64,000 nt of DNA from Pseudomonadota bacterium (GCA_036339375.1 JAYZBC010000071.1:15351-79350), one strand, 5' to 3'; counted from the first letter of the stretch, positions 38,358 to 49,548 are shown. Notes: generated by a model from the letters alone, not told the origin. A program made the numbers and translations.

Positions 38358-38954
38358 TTATTTTTTTTTAACATTTGTGGATTTCCTTTGTTTAGGGTTT
38401 ACGTTTTCAATATGGTGCAATCCTTCTTTTAGATAGTCGTAACCAGTTATTAAAGTTAAAACTGCAGCTAGCCACAATGCTACTTCGCCAATAGTTCGAA
38501 TAGGCAGAAAACTCGGCCCTGCGTCGCCAATAATTAAAAATCCAATCGCCAGCATCTGAATTAGTGTTTTCCATTTTGCCAACGTACTGACCGGTAATCC
38601 TACACGAATTTCTGCCAAAAATTCCCTTAATCCGGAGACCATAATTTCTCTACACAGAATAACTATAGTAGGCAAAATGAGCATTTCACTAATTTGCCCA
38701 AAGCCTGTCATAAGTAATAAAACAGCTGATACTAGAAGTTTGTCCGCTACAGGGTCTAAAAATTTTCCTAACACAGACTGCTGGCTGAAAGTACGAGCAA
38801 AATACCCATCCAAAAAATCGGTAATTGCGGCTAAACTAAAAATAGCACATGCGAAATAACGACTAAAATCGGTTTCAAGATAAAACAAACCGACAATTCC
38901 CGGAATCACTGCAATACGGAATAAGGTTAATAGGTTTGGTAGATTTGTAATCAT
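38358..38954 (-). CDS. pgsA: CDP-diacylglycerol--glycerol-3-phosphate 3-phosphatidyltransferase
   Basis: CDP-alcohol phosphotransferase motif DFLDGYFAR...G...DPVADK and the NLPNLLTLFRI N-terminus. Confidence 0.85.
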   Translation of the reverse strand: MITNLPNLLTLFRIAVIPGIVGLFYLETDFSRYFACAIFSLAAITDFLDGYFARTFSQQSVLGKFLDPVADKLLVSAVLLLMTGFGQISEMLILPTIVILCREIMVSGLREFLAEIRVGLPVSTLAKWKTLIQMLAIGFLIIGDAGPSFLPIRTIGEVALWLAAVLTLITGYDYLKEGLHHIENVNPKQRKSTNVKKK

Positions 38955-39028
38955 AAGAAAAACGTTTGAACCTTTTCCTTAACCCAATTTTTTGTCAAAC
39001 CGCGTGCCACAACTCCATCCTAATCTTT

Positions 39029-40930
39029 CTAATGAAAATGTTCATAAATTTTTTTTGCAAGAGGTAGATTAATCCCTGTTACGGCTTCTAAGTCCTTTAA
39101 ACCAGCAGATGCGACACCACGAGCAGATCCAAAATGTATTAACAAAGAGCGTTTTCTTTTGGTGCCAATACCCACGATTTCATCCAGAGGAGAACTGAAA
39201 GCAGATTTTTTCCTTTTCATTCTGTGGGTTCCGATGGCAAACCGGTGTGCTTCATCCCGAAGCCTTTGAAGGAAATACAATATTGGGTCATTAGGTTGTA
39301 ATAATAATGGCTGTTTGTTTTTCATATGAATTTTTTCTCTTCCCGAATTGCGTTCAGCGCCCTTCGAAATGGCAACTATGGGAATATCAGTTAACATCAT
39401 ATCTTCTAATACTTTTTTAACAGCATTTAATTGGCCTAAACCACCATCAAGGAGTAGCAAATCCGGCCAATTTTTTGTTTTTCGTTCTGGGTCCTCATTT
39501 AATGCGCGTTGGAAGCGCCGTTTCATAATTTGTCGCATCATAGAGTAATCGTCTCCAGGAGCGATTTTTTGTCCTTTTATGTTAAATTTCCGATAAGCAG
39601 ATTTGTTAAATCCTTCTGGACCGGCAACAATCATCGCACCTACGGGATCTGATCCTGAAATATGGCTGTTATCATAGACCTCAATTCTCAAGAGTGGGCC
39701 CTCAATTTCGAGTGTTTTTGAAAGACCCTCTAACAAACGTCGCTGGGTGGCACTCTCCGAAAGTCTACGTGCCAAAGTTTCCTTGGTATTCGTAATCGCA
39801 AGTTCAACTAATTTTCGTTTTGATCCTCGAATTGGTTTACTTAAAAGAACCTTGCGTTTTGCTTGGAATGATAAGGCGTCGTTTATTAGTTTTCGTTCAT
39901 GAGGAACCTCATTGCATAAAATTGTCGGTGGAGGCGTTTTGTCCGTGTAAAATTGTCCCAAAAAAGAACCCATAACGTCGCCTAAGGAGGCATCTGTTGT
40001 ACGGGTGGGAAAGTAAGTCCAATTTCCAAAATTTTGCCCGGCTCTGAAGAAAAAAACTTGCAAGCAAAATATGGTGTTTGTTTTTTGAACAATAATAATA
40101 TCAGCGTCTCCCAGGTTTCTTACATTAATATTTTGATGTGCCTGAATTTGCGTTAACGCATGAATTCGGTCACGATAAACTGCAGCTCCTTCGAAATTTA
40201 ATGTATCTGAAGCTTTCTGCATTCGTTCGCTCAATTCGTCTTGTACTTTTCTGCTTTCTCCCTTTAAAAATCTTTTTGTCTCATCCACAATTGTTTTGTA
40301 TTCCAGTGGTTTTATTTTCCCCACGCAAGGTGCAGTGCAGCGTTTAATTTGATACTGCAGACAAGGGCGGGTTCGGTTGGCAAACATTTTGTCTGAGCAA
40401 TTTCTTAGTGGAAATGCCTTTTGTAAAATCGCTAGGGTTCTGTTTACGGCACCAGCAGATGCAAATGGTCCAAAATACTCTCCATCTTTGGAACGTTGCC
40501 CACGATGTTTAACTAATTGAGGCCAGTTCCTTGTTTTAGTTAGCAGGATATAAGGAAAAGATTTATCGTCTCTAAGCAAAATGTTGTAACGGGGCTTTAA
40601 TTTTTTTATTAAATTATTTTCAAGTAAAAGCGCATCAAGTTCCGTATGGGTTGTTATAATTTCAACCGTTTTAGTATTAGCAACCATCCTTTGAATTCTT
40701 ACAGGTAATTTTCCTGGGCGTGAGTACGCGGATACTCGAACCTTTAGATTTTTGGCTTTTCCAATATATAAACTATGGTTCTCTTTATCTCTCATACTGT
40801 AGATTCCTGGACTGCTTGGGAGTTTAGGAATAATTGATGAAATAATTTTTGCACCCTGTTGGAGAGACAAGGGGTTTGTTTTAAGAACCTGTCCGATATT
40901 TTGTTGTTTCGATTTTTTACGTTTGCTCAT
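39029..40930 (-). CDS. uvrC: excinuclease ABC subunit C
   Basis: N-terminal GIY-YIG (GIYSMRD...YIGKAKNL), UvrBC-interaction and RNase H-like/HhH C-terminal regions. 633 aa. Confidence 0.9.
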   Translation of the reverse strand: MSKRKKSKQQNIGQVLKTNPLSLQQGAKIISSIIPKLPSSPGIYSMRDKENHSLYIGKAKNLKVRVSAYSRPGKLPVRIQRMVANTKTVEIITTHTELDALLLENNLIKKLKPRYNILLRDDKSFPYILLTKTRNWPQLVKHRGQRSKDGEYFGPFASAGAVNRTLAILQKAFPLRNCSDKMFANRTRPCLQYQIKRCTAPCVGKIKPLEYKTIVDETKRFLKGESRKVQDELSERMQKASDTLNFEGAAVYRDRIHALTQIQAHQNINVRNLGDADIIIVQKTNTIFCLQVFFFRAGQNFGNWTYFPTRTTDASLGDVMGSFLGQFYTDKTPPPTILCNEVPHERKLINDALSFQAKRKVLLSKPIRGSKRKLVELAITNTKETLARRLSESATQRRLLEGLSKTLEIEGPLLRIEVYDNSHISGSDPVGAMIVAGPEGFNKSAYRKFNIKGQKIAPGDDYSMMRQIMKRRFQRALNEDPERKTKNWPDLLLLDGGLGQLNAVKKVLEDMMLTDIPIVAISKGAERNSGREKIHMKNKQPLLLQPNDPILYFLQRLRDEAHRFAIGTHRMKRKKSAFSSPLDEIVGIGTKRKRSLLIHFGSARGVASAGLKDLEAVTGINLPLAKKIYEHFH

Positions 40931-41166
40931 GCCCCACCTTTCATATTATAGCGGACCAAACTTGAGCGGTGTTCATTAATTTTTCCAGCGCGAAATTTAC
41001 TAAATAATAGGGGTCAATCTTTAATTACGAAATAGCAGTTTTTATTTTTTCAGCATGGAAATATTTTATCAAAAAATTGTATGTATTTATTTTTGTTATG
41101 CAATAAAAAAAGCTGATAAGAACCATCGTGACGTTTTAAAAGTTGGTTGCCAATTTTTCGTATTCT

Positions 41167-41574
41167 TCAGAAACGAGTACGTTCAATCTCCACACCTACA
41201 CTTGTAGCATCTGGGAATACGTCTAATTTTTCTACGCGAACCCTAACAGCGCTAATTCGTTCGTCGGATAAAATTTCAGATGCAATACGTTCAGCCAAGG
41301 TTTCTACAAGATTAATATGTCCGGCATTCACAATCGTCCTTATTTTAAGAGCAATTTCTTCGTAACAAACGACCTCAGCAAGTTTATCTGGAATAGGCGC
41401 TTCTGGTTCTGGGACCTCCATGTCCAAATTTATGCGAACTCGTTGTTGGTCATCCTTTTCATGTCCATGTACTCCAACCGAAGCAGTTAAAACTAAGTCG
41501 CGTATAAATACAAAACGGATAAATTTTCTCTTAACAGGCTGAGGCAAGGTTTTAAGAATATTTTGAGGACTCAT
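41167..41574 (-). CDS. folB: dihydroneopterin aldolase
   Basis: 135 aa with the FolB tunnel-fold pattern (IRDLVLTASVGVHGHEK..., ...VRVEKL). Confidence 0.7.
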   Translation of the reverse strand: MSPQNILKTLPQPVKRKFIRFVFIRDLVLTASVGVHGHEKDDQQRVRINLDMEVPEPEAPIPDKLAEVVCYEEIALKIRTIVNAGHINLVETLAERIASEILSDERISAVRVRVEKLDVFPDATSVGVEIERTRF

Positions 41575-41623
41575 TGCTCGATTATCTTTCTTTTTTCCAA
41601 ATTTTTCATGTTTTCAAAAAATA

Positions 41624-42397
41624 TTATTCTTCGGGCATTGCTTGATTGCTTTTTGGCTGGGCCCAACCAAGGTGCTGTCCACCATCTAGGACAATCATCT
41701 GTCCAGTCAAAGATTGGTTGCTAAGGATAAATTGTACTGCATTACTAATTTCTTGGGTCGTTGTCCCCCTGCTTAAAGGGGTTGCAGCACATTGTTGAGC
41801 AAATTGTGTTATAGTCTGGCGCGGGCTAGGTAGTGTCGGTCCTGGGCCGATAGCATTAACCCTGATATCTGGTGCTAGAGCGAGAGCTAAACTTTGTGTA
41901 AGCGCCCACAAACCGGTTTTGCTCATTGTGTAGGATAAAAAATAGGGAGTGAGATTCCAAACTCTTTGATCAACTAAATTTATTACATTTCCGGAGAGAT
42001 TGTTGGGCAATGATTTTGCAAATTCCTTTATAAGGAAAACGGGGGCCTTTAGATTTGTATTGATGTGTTTGTCCCAACTTTTAGTTGTAACTGTTTCGAG
42101 GGTGTCGTGTTCAAAAACCGAAGCATTATTTATTAAACAATTAATTGGACCAAGAGAAGAAGTTGCTGCTTCAAAAAGGTTTTTAATTCCTTCCTTTTTA
42201 TCTAATTTAGCGTGAATAGCAACGGCTCGACCGCCTCCCTTTTCAATTTTTTCAACAACCTCAGCAGCATCTTTGTTAGACTTATTGTAATGGATTGCTA
42301 CTTCCCACCCTATTTTTCCTAAATCAATTGCAATTTTTCTACCAATGCGCTTTGCGCCGCCGGTTACAATGACTTTTTTGTGGATCATTTTAGACAT
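41624..42397 (-). CDS. SDR-family oxidoreductase, pteridine-reductase-like (FolM/PTR1-type)
   Basis: Cofactor motif VTGGAKRIGRKIAIDL resembles PTR1 (TGAAKRLG) and FolM (TGGGRRIG). SDR catalytic YxxxK region. Immediately upstream of folB on the same strand. Confidence 0.6.
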   Translation of the reverse strand: MSKMIHKKVIVTGGAKRIGRKIAIDLGKIGWEVAIHYNKSNKDAAEVVEKIEKGGGRAVAIHAKLDKKEGIKNLFEAATSSLGPINCLINNASVFEHDTLETVTTKSWDKHINTNLKAPVFLIKEFAKSLPNNLSGNVINLVDQRVWNLTPYFLSYTMSKTGLWALTQSLALALAPDIRVNAIGPGPTLPSPRQTITQFAQQCAATPLSRGTTTQEISNAVQFILSNQSLTGQMIVLDGGQHLGWAQPKSNQAMPEE

Positions 42398-42663
42398 TAA
42401 AACAAAAATTGTTTGAAATTATTCTGACTAACTATTGTCCAAAAATACGGTTGGGTCCGACTTTTAACAGGACTACCATTTACACTATCTTTAACACAAG
42501 CCCATTAGATTTTGGATAACAAATGATATAATCATGTTTGTTTAGGTCTTTATTATGACGCATAAATTTTCTGGACCCGCATAAGTAAAATTGTATTCAG
42601 CAATTTGGGATTTTTCAAATATTTTGTTGTAAATCTCTTTCGCCATAAAATTCTGTTTTTCGA

Positions 42664-44781
42664 TTAGGTTTTTTTATGGAATTTTTTCTGCTTTTTGTTG
42701 CTTGAGGCTTTAAATCGTGCCGCGAGGCGCTTAGGTCCGGTGGGTACTGACTGTTCAATACCCAACTCTACTGTTTCTAAACGATAAATTTTATCCCTTA
42801 AGCGCGCTGCTTCTTCAAATTCTAGATCGGCTGCAGCCTCTGTCATTCTGGATTTTAAATCATTTAAATGGTTAACTAGATTAGCTCCCACAAAATGTTT
42901 TGCCTCTTCGTTACCGGTATTTACTGTGAAATGATCTCCCTCATATACAGAGCTTAAGATATCGCCGATTTCTTTTTTTATGCTTTCAGGAGTAATACCA
43001 TTAGCAAAATTAAATTCTTGCTGTTTTTTTCGACGGCGGTTTGTTTCACTTATTGCATAATCTAACGAATCTGTAACTTTGTCTGCATAAAGGATTACCC
43101 GCCCCTCAATGTTTCTGGCTGCACGACCGATTGTTTGGACTAATGAAGTTCTTGACCGCAAAAATCCCTCTTTGTCAGCATCAAGAATGACCACTAAAGC
43201 ACATTCTGGTATGTCTAATCCTTCTCTTAAAAGGTTAATCCCAATTAATACATCGAAAGCCCCTAGACGAAGGTCGCGAATTATTTCGATTCTTTCAAGC
43301 GTATCTATATCGGAATGTAAATATCTAACGCGAATACCTGCTTCTTGCATATAATCTGTTAAATCTTCAGCCATGCGTTTGGTCAACGTAGTAACAAGTA
43401 CCCGCTGGTTTTTTTGGGCACATTCCTTGCTCTCTGCGAGAAGGTCATCAACTTGGTTTTCTGCAGGCCGTATAATGCACCTGGGATCAATTAGGCCCGT
43501 TGGTCTTATTATTTGTTCAACAAAAATCCCCTCCGTCTGTTTTAATTCCCACGGGCCAGGTGTTGCAGAAACAAAAATGGTCTGTGGCCGCATCAATTCC
43601 CATTCTTCAAATTTCAATGGACGATTGTCTACACATGACGGCAGTCGAAATCCAAAATTCGACAAAGTTGTTTTACGATTAAAGTCCCCTCGGTACATAC
43701 CCCCCAATTGTGGTACGGTGACATGGCTTTCATCCACGAAAAGAAGCGAATCCTTAGGTAGATATTCAAACAAAGTTGGTGGAGGTTCCCCAGGGGCTCT
43801 TCCTGTTAAATAACGCGAGTAATTTTCTATTCCTGCACAATGCCCTGTGGTTTCCATCATTTCTAAATCAAAGACCGTTCGTTGTTCTAGACGTTGGGCT
43901 TCTATAAGTTTCTTTCTTTTTTCTAGACTAAACAGTTGCGTTTTGAGTTCCCTGCGTATTTCTTTACAGGCCTGCTTTAGGGTTGGTTTCGGCGTTACGT
44001 AATGGCTATTTGGATATATCGTGATGTGATCCAATTTATTGGATTTTGCACCGGTTAATGGATCAAATTCAAAAATGTTTTCAATTTCATTTCCAAATAA
44101 AGATAACCGCCAGGCTCGGTCTTCATAATGAGCGGGGAAAATTTCGACAATATCACCGCGGACGCGAAAAGATCCCCGAGTAAAATTCTGGTCATTACGC
44201 CTATATTGCAATTCCACAAATTTGCGCAAAAGATTCTCTCTCTTGATTTCCTGACCCGTAACAAGGGGCATTGTCATTTCCGAATAAATTCCAACGTCAC
44301 CAATTCCATAAATACAGGAAACAGAAGCAACAATAATTACGTCCCGTCGCTCCAGAAGGGCTCGAGTTGCCGAATGGCGCATGCGGTCAATTTGTTCATT
44401 AATTGAAGCGTCTTTTTCAATGTATGTATCAGTACGTGGTACATAAGCTTCTGGCTGATAATAGTCATAATAAGAGACAAAATATTCTACGGAGTTATTC
44501 GGAAAAAATGTCTTCATTTCCCCATAAAGCTGGGCTGCTAGAGTTTTGTTTGGGGCCAAGACCAATGATGGGCGTTGAAGTGTTTTTATCACTTGGGCCA
44601 TCGTAAATGTTTTCCCCGACCCTGTTACACCAAGCAGGACTTGGCTGCGTTCTTTGGCTCCAATTCCAGTAATAAGTTGTTTTATAGCGTCCGGTTGATC
44701 GCCTGCTGGTTTGAATTCTGATGTAAGTTGAAAATCAAATTTTTGGGCAACTAAAAATTTTTCTGACAAAGGTGTGGACAT
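42664..44781 (-). CDS. uvrB: excinuclease ABC subunit B
   Basis: Helicase motif I GVTGSGKT, a DExH-like region, and a C-terminal UVR domain ([17 protein letters not shown]). 705 aa. Confidence 0.9.
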   Translation of the reverse strand: MSTPLSEKFLVAQKFDFQLTSEFKPAGDQPDAIKQLITGIGAKERSQVLLGVTGSGKTFTMAQVIKTLQRPSLVLAPNKTLAAQLYGEMKTFFPNNSVEYFVSYYDYYQPEAYVPRTDTYIEKDASINEQIDRMRHSATRALLERRDVIIVASVSCIYGIGDVGIYSEMTMPLVTGQEIKRENLLRKFVELQYRRNDQNFTRGSFRVRGDIVEIFPAHYEDRAWRLSLFGNEIENIFEFDPLTGAKSNKLDHITIYPNSHYVTPKPTLKQACKEIRRELKTQLFSLEKRKKLIEAQRLEQRTVFDLEMMETTGHCAGIENYSRYLTGRAPGEPPPTLFEYLPKDSLLFVDESHVTVPQLGGMYRGDFNRKTTLSNFGFRLPSCVDNRPLKFEEWELMRPQTIFVSATPGPWELKQTEGIFVEQIIRPTGLIDPRCIIRPAENQVDDLLAESKECAQKNQRVLVTTLTKRMAEDLTDYMQEAGIRVRYLHSDIDTLERIEIIRDLRLGAFDVLIGINLLREGLDIPECALVVILDADKEGFLRSRTSLVQTIGRAARNIEGRVILYADKVTDSLDYAISETNRRRKKQQEFNFANGITPESIKKEIGDILSSVYEGDHFTVNTGNEEAKHFVGANLVNHLNDLKSRMTEAAADLEFEEAARLRDKIYRLETVELGIEQSVPTGPKRLAARFKASSNKKQKKFHKKT

Positions 44782-44895
44782 AAGCTTATAGTTTTTTGCT
44801 ACCTAAGGGTTTTTAGGGTTATAAAATGGAAATTCTATTCGGTTTTAAATATAGTTTTTAGTTATGTTTTCCGAAAGTGTCTTATTGGAGTACCT

Positions 44896-45912
44896 ATGTA
44901 TTTAAGAAATAGATGGTATGTAGCAGCTTGGAATAAAGAGGTTGGAAACAAACCTTTGGCGCGTACAATTATGAATGAGCCGATTGTTTTTTTTCGGGAC
45001 GAATTTGGGAATCCTGTAGCGCTAGAAGATTCGTGTGCCCATCGTTTTATGGCTCTCTCTTTGGGCAAGGTGTTAAACGGTGTGATTCAATGTCCTTATC
45101 ATGGGTTGGAATATGATAAAACGGGAAAATGTATATCAATTCCCGGCCAAACAATGGTCCCCCCCGGCGCAGTTATTAGGTCCTATCCTGTATTAGAGAA
45201 ATGGAGATGGATTTGGATTTGGATGGGCAATCCAAATGAGGCAGATGAGAGTTTAATTCCGGATTTTCATTGGAATGATGATCCTGAATGGGTGGCCGTT
45301 GGGGATTATTTTTATGTAAGGGGTAATTACCGTTTGTTAATTGACAACTTAATGGACCTTACACACGTAGCGTATGTCCATTCAACTACATTAGGTACGG
45401 AAAACGTAGCAGATTTTCCGGTGAAGGTAAAAAGGGGCGACAGCAAAGTGCATGTCGAACGTTGGGTTTTAAATGAGCCGGCTCCCCCAATGTTTGAAAA
45501 GATAGGAGAATTCACCGGCCCTGTCGATCGGTGGCAGTTGATTCATTATTTACCTCCAAGTCATTTTGTCATTGATGTAGGTTGTGCGATGGCTAACACA
45601 GGAGCACCAAGTGGTGATCGAAGAAAGGGTATAACCATGTTTTCGAATCACACTTTAACTCCAGAAAATGAAAGTGCTACGCATTACTTTTGGCACCATG
45701 CACGTAATTTTAGACGAAATGAAAGTCAACTAACTGAGACTTTGGCTAATGCAACAAAAACGGCGTTTGGGGAAGATGTTAGTATCATTGAGATGCAACA
45801 GAACCGGATGGACCGAGCTCGACACAAAAAACCAATAATTGATATTAACGCTGATGCGGGAGTTCTGCAGGGACGAAAATTATTAGATGAACTAATTGCT
45901 GCCGAAAATTAA
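44896..45912 (+). CDS. Rieske [2Fe-2S] non-heme iron oxygenase, VanA/phthalate-family alpha subunit
   Basis: Rieske motif CAHRFMALS...CPYHGLEY. 338 aa, single-domain-size alpha subunit. Confidence 0.65.
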   Translation: MYLRNRWYVAAWNKEVGNKPLARTIMNEPIVFFRDEFGNPVALEDSCAHRFMALSLGKVLNGVIQCPYHGLEYDKTGKCISIPGQTMVPPGAVIRSYPVLEKWRWIWIWMGNPNEADESLIPDFHWNDDPEWVAVGDYFYVRGNYRLLIDNLMDLTHVAYVHSTTLGTENVADFPVKVKRGDSKVHVERWVLNEPAPPMFEKIGEFTGPVDRWQLIHYLPPSHFVIDVGCAMANTGAPSGDRRKGITMFSNHTLTPENESATHYFWHHARNFRRNESQLTETLANATKTAFGEDVSIIEMQQNRMDRARHKKPIIDINADAGVLQGRKLLDELIAAEN

Positions 45913-46154
45913 CGTGCATAAACGAGACAAGATCTTGAAATACCTTGTCTTTTGAATCGGGCTTTTGTTTGGGTTTTATTGAGTTTTAATCAAATATAGA
46001 AATGATGAGAATGTTATTTTGGTAATGTTTTATAAAACAAACTCTATTAAAATTTAAACCAATATGGTCTAGAATATATCGTAGCAATGGTTAATGTAGA
46101 CTTTCTGTGGCATTAATGTGGCGCTGCTTTTGGCTAGCCAACAAGGTTTTTGTT

Positions 46155-47360
46155 ATGTCTATCATTTCTTCTCGTTTGTCTCGTATTAAGCCATCAGCAA
46201 CTAATGTTCTTACTGGTAAGGTAACCGAGTTAAAGGCTGCTGGAAAAAAGATTATAGCCCTTAATGCAGGTGAACCAGACTTTGATACGCCTCTCCATAT
46301 AAAACAGGCAGGTATAAAAGCAATTCAATCTGGTGAAACTAAATATACGCCTATTTCTGGTACTTTAGCTTTGCGTGAGGCAATTACTGCTAAATTTGAA
46401 CGTGAAAATACCCTCACTTATGATCCGATGAAACAGGTGACTGTGGGTTGTGGGGGTAAGCAAGTTATTTTTAATGCAATGATGGCTACTCTAGAGATTG
46501 GTGATGAGGTGATTATCCCTGCACCCTTTTGGGTTTCCTATCCGGATATTGTGTTGCTGGCTGACGGGAATCCTGTTTTTGTAGAATGTCCGAGTCAAGC
46601 GGGATTTAAAATGCTTCCGGAGATGTTGGAAAAAGCAATTACGCCCAAAACTAAATGGATTTTTATTAATTCACCGAATAATCCAAGTGGGGCTACTTAC
46701 ACCCAAAAGGAATTAAAAGAAATATCACAGGTTCTTGTTAAATATCCTGATATTTGGATTTTAACAGATGATATTTACGAAAAAATAATTTATGACGACT
46801 TTCAATTTTCAACAATTGCTCAAATTGAACCTAGTCTATATGACCGTACTTTGACCCTTAACGGAGTCTCTAAAGCCTATAGTATGACTGGTTGGCGCTT
46901 AGGTTATGCTGCTGGGCCGGTTGATTTAATTTCTGCAATTAACAACATTCAGTCTCAGTCAACAACTCATACCTCTTCTATAACTCAAGCCGCCACTATA
47001 GAAGCCTTAAATGGGCAGCACGATTTTGTTGAAGAAAATAATGACCAGTTTAAACAAAGACGTGATTTGGTTGTATCAATGTTAAATGAAACCGAAGGGG
47101 TGTCTTGTCTCACACCCAGCGGGGCATTTTATGTTTATCCAAGTTGTGCCGGGGTTATTGGGAGAAAGACACCAAGAGGGGAAATTATTTCGGATGATAC
47201 ATCATTCTGCACTTACCTGCTAGAAACCCAACAGGTCGCAGTAGTACCTGGAACCGCTTTTGGTATGTCCCCCTTTTTTAGAATTTCTTATGCTACTTCG
47301 GAGTGGGAACTTGAGGACGCGTGCAAACGTATCCAACATGCTTGTAGAACACTTCAGTAA
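46155..47360 (+). CDS. aspartate/aromatic aminotransferase (PLP fold type I)
   Basis: ORF 46107..47360. The preferred start is MSIISSRLSRIKPSAT at 46155. NPSGA and SKAYSMTGWRLGY (PLP-Lys region) motifs. Confidence 0.8.
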   Translation: MSIISSRLSRIKPSATNVLTGKVTELKAAGKKIIALNAGEPDFDTPLHIKQAGIKAIQSGETKYTPISGTLALREAITAKFERENTLTYDPMKQVTVGCGGKQVIFNAMMATLEIGDEVIIPAPFWVSYPDIVLLADGNPVFVECPSQAGFKMLPEMLEKAITPKTKWIFINSPNNPSGATYTQKELKEISQVLVKYPDIWILTDDIYEKIIYDDFQFSTIAQIEPSLYDRTLTLNGVSKAYSMTGWRLGYAAGPVDLISAINNIQSQSTTHTSSITQAATIEALNGQHDFVEENNDQFKQRRDLVVSMLNETEGVSCLTPSGAFYVYPSCAGVIGRKTPRGEIISDDTSFCTYLLETQQVAVVPGTAFGMSPFFRISYATSEWELEDACKRIQHACRTLQ

Positions 47361-47505
47361 AAAAACAGATGTATTTTTCCTTGCATCTCGCCCATTGGGC
47401 TGGAAACATAGTCGCTTCAAAATTAATTATAGTAATTCTGTTGTTGCTAATAATCGACATAGGACAGAATTGCCTAACAAGGGTAAATTTTCAAGGGAGT
47501 TATAA

Positions 47506-49548
47506 ATGGCAGGAGCATTGGCAAATGGAACTCGGTGTGCGGCACTGGTTGGACCTTATCAGAGTGGTAAAACAACGCTATTAGAATCTATTTTGTTTGC
47601 AACTGGCGCAATTCCGCGGAAGGGTTCCGTTAAAGATGGAAATACGGTGGGGGATACTGCTCCTGAAGCAAGGACTGGACAGCGGAGCACTGAGGTTTCA
47701 ATTGGTCAGACTGAGTTCCTGGGAGATAGCTGGGCATTTTTAGATTGTCCGGGTTCGGTCGAGCTTGCACAAGAAGCCTACAACGGGATTTTAGCTTCCG
47801 ATGTTGCTATAATTGTATGTGAACCTGTGGCCGAACGGGCGGTAGGACTTGCGCCCATTTTTCAATTCCTTAAAGAACATAAAATTCCACACATGATTTT
47901 TATTAATAAGATGGATACTGCTAGCCAGACGGTTCAAAGTGTCCTGGAAGGTTTGCAAGAAAACTGTGATTTGCCTTTAGTTTTGCGTCAAGTACCCATT
48001 GCTGACGGCGAAAAAAATCTTGGCTACGTTGATTTAGTTAGTGAGCGTGCCTATCAATATAAAATTGGTAAAGCCTCCGACCTTATCTCAATTCCAGATG
48101 AAATGGCTGACGAGGAACAACTCGCGCGTCAAGTGATGTTGGAAGCAATTGCAGACTTTGACGATAATTTGTTGGAACAACTTCTAGAAGACGTAGTTCC
48201 GGCAACAGAGGAAGTATACTTGCAATTGACTAAAGACCTGAGAGAGGGGCTGATTGTGCCAGTTTTTCTTGGTGCAGCCGAGCAAGAACACGGGGTTCGA
48301 CGTTTGTTGAAAGCGTTACGGCATGAGACCCCCAGCCCAGAAAAGACTGCTGAAAGATTGGGTTTTAAAACCAGTGGAGAACCCGTTGCTCGTGTATTTA
48401 AAACTCTTCATGCTGCCCAAGCGGGGAAACTTTCCGTATCTCGTGTTTGGCGTGGAAATATTTCTGAAGGTGATAGTATGGGGGGTAAACGGGTAGGGAG
48501 TGTTCTTAAATTGAATGGTAATCAACAAAAAAAAGAGAGCAAAGCCAAGCTTGGGGATGTTGTGGCTTTTGGGAGAATGGATGAAGTTTCAACTGGGGAT
48601 CTTCTAATTGCTTCCGGTAAACCGGAGGGTGAGGTGGCTGAGTGGCCAAAGGCATTACTTCCGGTTTATTCATTTGCAGTTCAAGCGGAAAATCGGTCGG
48701 ATGAAGTTAAACTTACCAGCGCCCTCCAACGTCTAAACGAGGAAGATCCCTCTCTAATCTATCAGCACGATAATGATGTCCATCAACTTCTTCTTTTAGG
48801 CCAAGGGGAAATTCACCTCAAAATTGCAATAGAAAAAATGCAGAATAAATTTGGTGTGTCTGCAAAAACCTTAAAGCCAAAAGTACCTTATAAAGAAACA
48901 ATACAAAAATCTGTGTCACAGCACGCACGATTTAAACGCCAAACCGGTGGACATGGAATGTTTGGTGATGTTCATGTAGATATTAAACCTTTGGCCCGTG
49001 GGAAGGGTTTTGAATTTTCAAATACGGTGGTCGGTGGAAGTGTACCCAAGCAATATATACCGGCTGTAGAGGCGGGAGCTCGTGAATTTATGGACCAAGG
49101 AGCTCTTGGTTTTCCAGTGGTTGATATTTCAGTAACTTTGACAGATGGACAATTTCATGCGGTTGATAGTAATGAAATGTCCTTCAAATTGGCTGCTCGT
49201 GCAGCCATGAAAGAGGGACTACCAAAATGTTCTCCTGTTCTTTTAGAACCGATTCTGAAGGTGGGAATAGATGTGCCATCGAATTTTACAAATAAAGTTC
49301 ACGGCTTGATAAGCGGTAGGCGCGGTCAAATTTTAGGCTTTGATGCAAAAGAAGGTTGGTTAGGTTGGGACACCGTTTCCGCTCTCATGCCACAAGCGGA
49401 AATTCATAATTTAATCATTGAGCTTCGCACCGCGACACAGGGTGTTGCAACCTATTACGCTGATTTTGATCATTTGCAGGAGTTAACAGGAAGGGATGCA
49501 GATATGATTGTAGAACAGCGTAAGAATGAAAAATCGGACGCGTCTTAA
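47506..49548 (+). CDS. EF-G-like translational GTPase paralog with a divergent G domain
   Basis: Five-domain EF-G colinearity. G1 GPYQSGKTT, G3 DCPGS (catalytic His replaced by Ser), G4 NKMD. Not in a str/S10 context. Confidence 0.75.
   Translation: MAGALANGTRCAALVGPYQSGKTTLLESILFATGAIPRKGSVKDGNTVGDTAPEARTGQRSTEVSIGQTEFLGDSWAFLDCPGSVELAQEAYNGILASDVAIIVCEPVAERAVGLAPIFQFLKEHKIPHMIFINKMDTASQTVQSVLEGLQENCDLPLVLRQVPIADGEKNLGYVDLVSERAYQYKIGKASDLISIPDEMADEEQLARQVMLEAIADFDDNLLEQLLEDVVPATEEVYLQLTKDLREGLIVPVFLGAAEQEHGVRRLLKALRHETPSPEKTAERLGFKTSGEPVARVFKTLHAAQAGKLSVSRVWRGNISEGDSMGGKRVGSVLKLNGNQQKKESKAKLGDVVAFGRMDEVSTGDLLIASGKPEGEVAEWPKALLPVYSFAVQAENRSDEVKLTSALQRLNEEDPSLIYQHDNDVHQLLLLGQGEIHLKIAIEKMQNKFGVSAKTLKPKVPYKETIQKSVSQHARFKRQTGGHGMFGDVHVDIKPLARGKGFEFSNTVVGGSVPKQYIPAVEAGAREFMDQGALGFPVVDISVTLTDGQFHAVDSNEMSFKLAARAAMKEGLPKCSPVLLEPILKVGIDVPSNFTNKVHGLISGRRGQILGFDAKEGWLGWDTVSALMPQAEIHNLIIELRTATQGVATYYADFDHLQELTGRDADMIVEQRKNEKSDAS

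Noticed and set aside
43373-43813. 146 aa plus-strand ORF
   Set aside because: Antisense within uvrB, whose helicase motifs are unambiguous.
44782-44895. Searched the uvrB / Rieske divergent promoter for an alphaproteobacterial LexA box (GTTC-N7-GTTC)
   Set aside because: No match found. The SOS regulation of uvrB here cannot be claimed.
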